Source of the DNA: Methanosarcinales archaeon
GTDB lineage: Archaea > Halobacteriota > Syntropharchaeia > Alkanophagales > Methanospirareceae
Length of the DNA stretch: 34,025 nucleotides
Direction: 5' to 3'
Assembly: GCA_025464275.1 (NCBI GenBank)
Contig: JAODGR010000080.1
Coordinates: 1 to 34,025, forward strand
Positions 1-6,248 of the stretch are shown here, piece after piece (within the stretch, counting starts at the first letter, position 1; the number at the start of each line of letters is the position of its first letter). The notes beneath the pieces were generated by a model that was not told the DNA's origin, did no database searches, and was given only the letters and a program-made list of their open reading frames with translations. The position numbers and the translations under genes are program-made.

Positions 1-54
1 ATGCTCCAGTGGCGGTATCTCGAGATTAAAATTGAGATTCATATCGTATTCAGC

Positions 55-684
55 TTAAGGTTTACGTGCTTGTGGTAGATCATGCCTCTCTATCCAAGGA
101 TACTTTGCCTCTCCAAACCTATTCGTTATTTCCATACGAATTTTCTCTCTGCAGTGCTTCCTTAAATAGTCAATGGCTTTACGTAATGACCCATCATCGG
201 TAACGAGGTATTTACTACATTCTAAAATTGAATTTGCGTAAATCATCAAGTTATATGGCTCCACTGATGGTTTTGAGCCCTCATAAAGAACCTCTGCCAG
301 TTCAAATACATCATTCTGGTCTACATTTGAGAACTCAATACCGAGACTTTTGCTACTCTGAACAAAAACCTCAATGATGTCTTTTATTTTTGTTCTTTCC
401 TGGTATTCAAGCTCATAAGTAGCTTCTCTACCAAAAATTTCATCAAATGGTGCCCGCTCTTCTCTCTTTTTATCATAATAAAACCACCTGTGATAAAGAA
501 AATACAATTCCAAAATGCTGATTTTGCTTATAACTAATTTGTGCCCGTTATTCAGAATTTGCTGTAAAAAGGTATAATATTTTTCCAATTTACTTACATC
601 TCCTCCCTCTTCTTTCACTCTAAGGTATTCTGAAGTTTTAACCAATATATTTGTGTCAAGAAAATAGATCTCTATCAGTGACAT
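55..684 (-). CDS. PIN-domain nuclease (enlarged, 209 aa); last visible gene of the AT-rich operon
   Basis: ATG at 684-682, TAA at 57-55. N-terminal IYFLDTNILV matches the canonical first PIN strand with its acidic residue. C-terminal YLVTDDGSL supplies the distal PIN aspartates. It is about 70-80 aa longer than VapC-type PINs. It starts 7 nt after the stop of the ATPase gene. Motif-based only. Confidence 0.65.
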   Translation of the reverse strand: MSLIEIYFLDTNILVKTSEYLRVKEEGGDVSKLEKYYTFLQQILNNGHKLVISKISILELYFLYHRWFYYDKKREERAPFDEIFGREATYELEYQERTKIKDIIEVFVQSSKSLGIEFSNVDQNDVFELAEVLYEGSKPSVEPYNLMIYANSILECSKYLVTDDGSLRKAIDYLRKHCREKIRMEITNRFGEAKYPWIERHDLPQARKP

Positions 685-691
685 ATCTATC

Positions 692-1942
692 CTATCTTTT
701 CCTTTCCTTAAATTCGGCTATCCACATGTCAGCAATTTCTTTTATAAGGATTTCGTTTATCAATATCTGTCTACTCACTGCAATTTCAATAGCCTCGTGA
801 CAAAAATTCAAAAGGTTTCTTGGGTTTGTCTTTACAATATCGGGTAGTAATTCCCATAAATTATCAGGAAACGGAAACAAAGTCTCTTTCTCTTCACGAG
901 CATCGTTAAGGTAAGCCAGAACAAGTTTCTTCGCACCATCCGGATCAAGGGGTTGAATTCGAATTGGTCTCAGAAGTCGTGATGCCAGGGGCTCACAATA
1001 CTCTTCTGTTAATTCCCAAGCGGGTGGTACCATAGCAATAATTATACCCAGAGGCATGGCACTTACCAGGTCAAAAAGACGTCTTAAGGTGTATTCGTAA
1101 TCTGTTGCCTCTTTCACAGTGAACCGTTTCGACGCTGGGATTTCCTCAAATTCATCGAGAAGAATCAAGATACAGCTATAATTGTCCACTCTTTTGATAA
1201 GAGAGAAAATTGCTGAAAGGAACTCATAATCGCCTATTTCCTTTTGCCTTTTCGGAGCTATATCCTCCCAATCAAAATAACTCTTATAATGACTCTCCAT
1301 GAGAATACGAGACAGTTTACGTGCACCATTAGCATTTACTCCAATAGATTTCTCAATAATTTCACTGAAAATACTCAATATAGCGTCTATATTAGCCCTC
1401 AATTTCTTAGCGTAGTCAAAGAAAGTTCTGTGATCACTTAGAATATGTTCTTGCACCGATGTCCCAAACCAGGGGTATCTCCCCTTTTCTGAGGGAAAAA
1501 TCTTGTAATACCAATCTAAATCATTTTTTTTCACCCTGCTTAGTAGCTCTTCCCGTATCACATTCCATAATTTCCTCACTATATTCCCTAAACCTATTGC
1601 TCTGATTACACTACCTGTAAAGTCATGAAAACCATATCCAGGGGATTGGATATAAAAACTGGCGACCTTAGGAAACTCCTTCTTTACAAAGTAATGAACC
1701 ATTTTAAGATAAAAAGTCTTTCCAGACCCATATTCTCCAATAAGCGCGCGACCTACTTTTTTATCTCCGTGAAGTAACGCATTAAGAAAATTTTCAAGCT
1801 CTTCTTTCAACCTCTTATCCGGGAAGGTTATGACCCTTGGGGGCTCCAGTAAAGCACCATCTGAAGGAAAAGGGTTTCTGGAAAGCCCCAGGGGTTTATA
1901 CCTCTCTTCGGGTTCCATCTCTTTAATCTCTAATCTCTCCAT
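692..1942 (-). CDS. AAA+ P-loop ATPase of the ORC/Cdc6-ExeA-like kind
   Basis: Walker A GEYGSGKT (nt 1738-1715). Walker B ILILLDEFEE. ExeA-like N-terminal lead-in (LGLSRNPFP). Sensor-2-like NPRNLLNFC near the C-terminus. ATG 1942-1940, TAG 694-692. Overlaps the upstream gene by 13 nt. Confidence 0.75.
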   Translation of the reverse strand: MERLEIKEMEPEERYKPLGLSRNPFPSDGALLEPPRVITFPDKRLKEELENFLNALLHGDKKVGRALIGEYGSGKTFYLKMVHYFVKKEFPKVASFYIQSPGYGFHDFTGSVIRAIGLGNIVRKLWNVIREELLSRVKKNDLDWYYKIFPSEKGRYPWFGTSVQEHILSDHRTFFDYAKKLRANIDAILSIFSEIIEKSIGVNANGARKLSRILMESHYKSYFDWEDIAPKRQKEIGDYEFLSAIFSLIKRVDNYSCILILLDEFEEIPASKRFTVKEATDYEYTLRRLFDLVSAMPLGIIIAMVPPAWELTEEYCEPLASRLLRPIRIQPLDPDGAKKLVLAYLNDAREEKETLFPFPDNLWELLPDIVKTNPRNLLNFCHEAIEIAVSRQILINEILIKEIADMWIAEFKERKR

Positions 1943-2952
1943 TGTTTCGTCTCCCAGAGTTTGTTATGAACAATTATATGAGTCATCCATATATTATTCA
2001 ATTTTATAAAGTTCTTTAAAACTTTTTCATCGGTCTTCTTTGATAGGCTTCTAAAGGTCAAAGTACCCTTTGAGGAACTACTGAATTTGATATACTCCGG
2101 TAATCTTCGCCATGCCTCCAGAAAAAAATGATTTTGGATTTCTTTTACAGAGACCCTTAACAAAGGTGCTAATTCAAATATCGTCAGGTCAATGGGGAAG
2201 AATGTCCACTTTGAGTGCGGAGAAGGTCTATATAGTTGCAGGAATTTATCCAAAAGATCTTCAAATCGTAGTGGTGATGATAGCGGATTGAGTGGATAAA
2301 CAATGTGCCTTTTTTCATCAATATATATCTCCTCAATCAGAGAACATTCTCTCCCCCATAGTTGCAGTCCCCATTCTATAGCCATACGTTCTATCGGGGT
2401 TTTAAGAATAATTTGGTCACCTGTTTTCTCATTAACATATCTTTTTGTCCACATTTTCCTTCTTTTCTTCTTCAATTCCATCTCCACCATTACAGGAAGA
2501 ATAGATACCACTTCTCCATATTTTATAAAATCGTCCCATGAGAAAGCTTTTTTACCCATAAATATCCAGAAGAAAGCTTCTCTACAATCAGGGTTGTCAA
2601 TGAGTATTTTTTGAAAAATAAGCTTTTCTTCAATGTTCAAAGGAGCAAGGTAACGATTTAATTCGATAAGCTTATGAACTTCCGTTTTATCCATGTTTGA
2701 TACATACTTTCTATTCGTATTTTGTTTAATTAGCTGCAATTTAAGAGCGGTTCGTATACAATGATAAATAGGCGTTTTAGCAAGCGGAGCTCCTTCTTTT
2801 TTCACAAAAATCCCCTCTTCAATACCTCTATTAGCGATTTCGGTATAACGAAGACCATTATATTTTTCAATTAGCAACAGAATATCCCTTATTTTTGAGA
2901 GAGGGACTTCTTTTCTCATCCAGTAAATTCCATCTCTTATCGCTTTTTCCAT
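1930..2952 (-). CDS. Hypothetical 340-aa protein, possible N-terminal winged-helix segment, function unknown
   Basis: Long ORF with an ATG start (2952-2950). It overlaps both neighbours (16 nt with the methyltransferase stop, 13 nt with the ATPase start) and shares their AT-rich codon usage. I recognise no catalytic motif. LRYTEIANRGIEEGIF looks HTH-like, but that is a weak inference. Confidence 0.6.
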   Translation of the reverse strand: MEKAIRDGIYWMRKEVPLSKIRDILLLIEKYNGLRYTEIANRGIEEGIFVKKEGAPLAKTPIYHCIRTALKLQLIKQNTNRKYVSNMDKTEVHKLIELNRYLAPLNIEEKLIFQKILIDNPDCREAFFWIFMGKKAFSWDDFIKYGEVVSILPVMVEMELKKKRRKMWTKRYVNEKTGDQIILKTPIERMAIEWGLQLWGRECSLIEEIYIDEKRHIVYPLNPLSSPLRFEDLLDKFLQLYRPSPHSKWTFFPIDLTIFELAPLLRVSVKEIQNHFFLEAWRRLPEYIKFSSSSKGTLTFRSLSKKTDEKVLKNFIKLNNIWMTHIIVHNKLWETKQWRD

Positions 2953-4193
2953 ATCACTATGCTCTCCTTTGCTGATATCTTTCCAAATTTACTCATCTGC
3001 TGGGGACTATTTCCTCTTAACCTTGCCACAAGTGTTTCCTGATGTGTTAATCCGAGTGAATCGGCTATCTCTATTAAAATATCGCTAACAGGAACCAAAG
3101 AACCCCCATACCTCACATCTCCTATCACAAAAGCAGCAAAACACCCGGGCTTTAATACCCTCACTACCTCCTTAAGCACCAGATACATATCCTCAAAATA
3201 GCCCCTTATCATAGGGATAACATGCTTATTAGGCAAAGTTTCTTCTTCCAATTTTTCTATGATCTCTTTTAATTTAAAAGGTTCTTCATAACCTTCTGCA
3301 GCAAAAACTTCTTTTGCTTCTACATGGGAACGTAAGGTTTTATATCTCAATCTTTTTATATCTCTCTCTGATCTTAGAAAACCAATGGCTAATTCTAAGA
3401 TATACACTCTCGTATAATCGTGCCTGTTAAGATAGGGAGGTGAAGTAATAACAGCATCAAAGGATTCTCCTGGAAAATGAATTTCCCGTGCATCTCCTAT
3501 TTGAGCCCTGGATTTAGTATTATTCTGCGGGTTGCTGTGTTCGATATCGCTGAGCATTTCATTAATTTTGCTGAACAAGATTTCTTTAAAGTCGGGTATC
3601 TTTTTGTCAGTGACTATCCGTAAAAAGCCACCGTCTTTCCTGGCAAAAGCAACTTTTTCCGTAATAGAAAGAAGAGCGGTGAGGAAGAAATATTTTAATT
3701 CTTTATCTCCCATCTCCTGGACCCAATTTTTAACCACGAAAATATCAGATAGCACATCGGGGTCAAAGAACTTATGGAGCATCTTGATTTCAGGGATTAA
3801 AGGATTAGTTTTGTCAGGATTGCTCAGGAGCTTATCAAGTTCTTCAATTTTATACTTGATTTTATCTATATTATAGTTTTGTAATTTGGCATTAGAGATA
3901 AATACGGAAAGGGGTAGAATGTCTATCCCGATAGCAGATATTCCCCTCTCCTTTGCAGCCAATAGAGTAGTCCCACTGCCACAAAAAGGGTCTAATATGA
4001 CGCTTTCACAGCCAAGATTAAAATTGTCTATTAAATACCATACTAAATCCCTTGAGAAACTATGGTTAAAATGATACCATCTATAAATAGGAAGTGTTCT
4101 ATTTTGGTATGGTGTTACCAGAAAATGGAACTTATTTTTTTCCTCTATCATTCTAACACATCCTCCAGTTCCTTGCTCTAACTCAAGCTTCAT
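2937..4193 (-). CDS. DNA methyltransferase, amino-methylating type (N6-adenine or N4-cytosine)
   Basis: AdoMet motif I ILDPFCGSGTT (DPFCGSGTT = nt 3992-3966, codon 68 onward). Catalytic motif IV SPPY (nt 3443-3432, codon 251 onward). ATG 4193-4191, TAA 2939-2937. First gene of the operon. Confidence 0.8.
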   Translation of the reverse strand: MKLELEQGTGGCVRMIEEKNKFHFLVTPYQNRTLPIYRWYHFNHSFSRDLVWYLIDNFNLGCESVILDPFCGSGTTLLAAKERGISAIGIDILPLSVFISNAKLQNYNIDKIKYKIEELDKLLSNPDKTNPLIPEIKMLHKFFDPDVLSDIFVVKNWVQEMGDKELKYFFLTALLSITEKVAFARKDGGFLRIVTDKKIPDFKEILFSKINEMLSDIEHSNPQNNTKSRAQIGDAREIHFPGESFDAVITSPPYLNRHDYTRVYILELAIGFLRSERDIKRLRYKTLRSHVEAKEVFAAEGYEEPFKLKEIIEKLEEETLPNKHVIPMIRGYFEDMYLVLKEVVRVLKPGCFAAFVIGDVRYGGSLVPVSDILIEIADSLGLTHQETLVARLRGNSPQQMSKFGKISAKESIVIWKKR

Positions 4194-4338
4194 TCCGCTT
4201 CTCTACCGTTCAACATCTCCGCGGTATAAACAGTCAGGTTTTAAGGTATATTTTAATAGCTCCTTAGCCATAAAAAAATTATCTTCATATATTCATATGG
4301 TACATGTATGATATAACACAATAGCATAAGCGAGGCAT
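4194..4338. promoter_or_regulatory. Divergent AT-rich promoter spacer and compositional boundary between the island and the core genome
   Basis: Lies between the methyltransferase start (4193, minus) and the aminotransferase start (4339, plus). TATA-like tracts: ggtataaac 4223-4231 (reverse complement TTTATACC, about 30-38 nt upstream of the minus-strand ATG), ggtatattttaatag 4245-4259, and tgatataac 4309-4317 upstream of the plus-strand ATG. Positions are guesses without transcript data. Confidence 0.3.
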
Positions 4339-5493
4339 ATGAAGTGCAGAATAGCAGATAGGGTGAACCAGATAAGGGGTTCGGGAATAAGGGAATTCTT
4401 TGATATCGCGCAGCAGATGGAGGATGTAATCTCCCTGGGTGTTGGTGAGCCTGACTTTGTAACCCCGTGGAGCATAAGAGAGGCTTGTATATTCGCTCTG
4501 GAGAAGGGTTACACATCCTATACCTCCAACTGGGGGCTGATGGAGCTCAGGCAGGCACTATCTGACTATACATACCGTGAGACGGGCGTGTATTACAACC
4601 CTGAGGATGAGATACTCATCACGACCGGAGTGAGTGAAGCTCTCGACCTCGCACTTCGTGCGATTCTCAATCCAGGTGATGAGGTAATCCTGCATGAGCC
4701 CTCTTATGTGAGTTACAAACCCTGTACGATATTCACAGGTGCCACTCCGGTCTGTATAGATACGAGTATGGAAGAGGGTTTCAAACTCCGTGCGGATAAG
4801 ATGAAGCCCACGGAGAGGACGAAAGCGGTGGTCCTGAACTATCCAAACAACCCTACGGGCGCGATAATGGGGAGGAGCGACCTGGAAGAGATAGCGGATG
4901 TGGTGACCGAGCACGATTTGATTGTTATCTCAGATGAGATTTACAGTAAGCTAACATATGAAGGCAGACATACCTGCTTCTCCTCACTGAACGGTATGAA
5001 GGAGCGTACAATACTGCTGAATGGCTTCTCAAAGGCGTATGCCATGACTGGCTGGCGAATTGGATATGCCATGGGACCCAGTGACCTTATAGGTGCGATG
5101 ATGAAGATACACCAGTATATAATGCTCTGTGCACCGATTACCGCACAGATGGCAGCCTTAGAAGCGCTCAGGAGCAGTAATGAGGTGGAGAAGATGGTCG
5201 CGGAGTACAACAGACGGAGGAGATTGATGATACAGGGTATGAAAGCGATAGGATTGGAATGCTTCGAGCCAGGAGGTGCGTTCTACGCCTTCCCTTCCAT
5301 CACTCCTACCGGACTGACTTCGGAGGAGTTTGCACGCCGGTTGCTGATGGATGAGAAGGTGGTAGTGATACCTGGGAGCGTATTCGGAGCGAGTGGCGAG
5401 GGTTTCATAAGGTGCGCTTATGCAGTCTCAGAATATGAGCTTAAAGACGCGCTGGAACGCATGGGGGAGTTCATATCGGGACTGACTAAATAG
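4339..5493 (+). CDS. Class I/II PLP-dependent aminotransferase (aspartate aminotransferase-like)
   Basis: NYPNNPTG motif. PLP-lysine motif SKAYAMTGWRIGY. Full-length 384 aa with an ATG start. Confidence 0.85.
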   Translation: MKCRIADRVNQIRGSGIREFFDIAQQMEDVISLGVGEPDFVTPWSIREACIFALEKGYTSYTSNWGLMELRQALSDYTYRETGVYYNPEDEILITTGVSEALDLALRAILNPGDEVILHEPSYVSYKPCTIFTGATPVCIDTSMEEGFKLRADKMKPTERTKAVVLNYPNNPTGAIMGRSDLEEIADVVTEHDLIVISDEIYSKLTYEGRHTCFSSLNGMKERTILLNGFSKAYAMTGWRIGYAMGPSDLIGAMMKIHQYIMLCAPITAQMAALEALRSSNEVEKMVAEYNRRRRLMIQGMKAIGLECFEPGGAFYAFPSITPTGLTSEEFARRLLMDEKVVVIPGSVFGASGEGFIRCAYAVSEYELKDALERMGEFISGLTK

Positions 5494-5520
5494 CCGGTAC
5501 GGTAAGGGTAGGTACACATT

Positions 5521-5537
5521 GGTTTATTTTATATGTG
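5521..5537 (+). promoter_or_regulatory. Possible BRE/TATA element for tRNA-Gln
   Basis: ggtttattttatatgtg lies about 45-60 nt upstream of the mature tRNA 5' end, which would imply a ~20-nt leader. Weak. Confidence 0.25.
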
Positions 5538-5579
5538 CATCAAATAAAGAGTTAGAGATAAAGATAAAGAAGAAGAGCG

Positions 5580-5652
5580 AGTCCCGTGGTGTAGTGGTCA
5601 AGCATACAGGCCTTTGGAGCCTGTGACAGGGGTTCGAATCCTCTCGGGACTA
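5580..5652 (+). tRNA. tRNA-Gln (anticodon UUG), 73 nt, no encoded CCA, no intron
   Basis: Hand-folded cloverleaf. Acceptor AGTCCCG/CGGGACT. D stem GTGT/GCAT with two G-U pairs. Anticodon stem CAGGC/GCCTG, loop CTTTGGA (anticodon TTG). 4-nt variable region. T stem AGGGG/CCTCT, T loop TTCGAAT. Discriminator A. The AGUCCCG start is typical of archaeal tRNA-Gln. Confidence 0.9.
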
Positions 5653-6105
5653 CTGCTCCATCGTCCCACCTCCGGCTTCTCCACCCTTCCTCAGCCTCTT
5701 CACCATCTTCACCGCCGCTTCTACCGCCCTCTTCGCATAATCAACCCGTTCCTGCGCCTCCAGTCTGGTCATTCCCGGTCCTGATACACCCAGTGTCACG
5801 GGCTTATCGTACTCCAGTGAGAGGTCCATGATCTTCCGTGTGAGCTGTGCAGCGATCATCTCGTCGTGCTCCGTTGCACCCTCTATCACACAGCCCAGTG
5901 TGACCACTGCGTCCACATCCCCACCTCTCAGTAATTCCTTCACTGCAAGTGGCATATCAAACGTTCCAGGTGTATAAAACGTACGAATGACCCTGGCACC
6001 CAGGAACTCTGCGTGTTCACGTGCCAGTATCTCCATTTGATACGTGATATCCCTGTGGAACTCAGATACCACAAAACCCAGTTTTATCTCCTCCTCTTCT
6101 AACAT
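5650..6105 (-). CDS. ribH: 6,7-dimethyl-8-ribityllumazine synthase (archaeal type)
   Basis: The sequence runs LGFVVSEFHRDITY...HAEFLGA...PGTFDMPLAVKELL...DAVVTLGCVIEGATEHDE...YDKPVTLGVSGPGMTRLEAQERVDYAKRAVEAAVKMVKRL. It closely matches my memory of methanogen RibH. Its stop codon overlaps the last 3 nt of tRNA-Gln on the other strand. Confidence 0.85.
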   Translation of the reverse strand: MLEEEEIKLGFVVSEFHRDITYQMEILAREHAEFLGARVIRTFYTPGTFDMPLAVKELLRGGDVDAVVTLGCVIEGATEHDEMIAAQLTRKIMDLSLEYDKPVTLGVSGPGMTRLEAQERVDYAKRAVEAAVKMVKRLRKGGEAGGGTMEQ

Positions 6106-6200
6106 CCCTATCTCCTCCCCTGAGTTGACCGATATTGAAGATAAGATAAGATGATAGCTCTTCCTATTTTATTATTGCTTATTTATCCCTATCACATCAG

Positions 6201-6248
6201 TGGCTCTGGCTCCGACTCTGACTCTGGCTCTGCCTCTGCCTCTACTCC
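6201..6248. repeat. Eight imperfect tandem hexamers (consensus TGRCTC)
   Basis: tggctc tggctc cgactc tgactc tggctc tgcctc tgcctc tactcc. The tract spans the stop codon (6242-6244) of the surface-protein gene and runs into the spacer upstream of ribH. Confidence 0.8.

Noticed and set aside
4253-4516. 87-aa and 60-aa minus-strand ORFs at the island border
   Set aside because: They overlap the promoter spacer and the conserved 5' end of the aminotransferase gene. There is no supporting signal.
5580-5652. tRNA-Gln as the integration site of the AT-rich island
   Set aside because: A core-composition aminotransferase gene separates the tRNA from the island. The tRNA's 3' end faces away from it. 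No partial tRNA duplicate was seen at 4194-4338.
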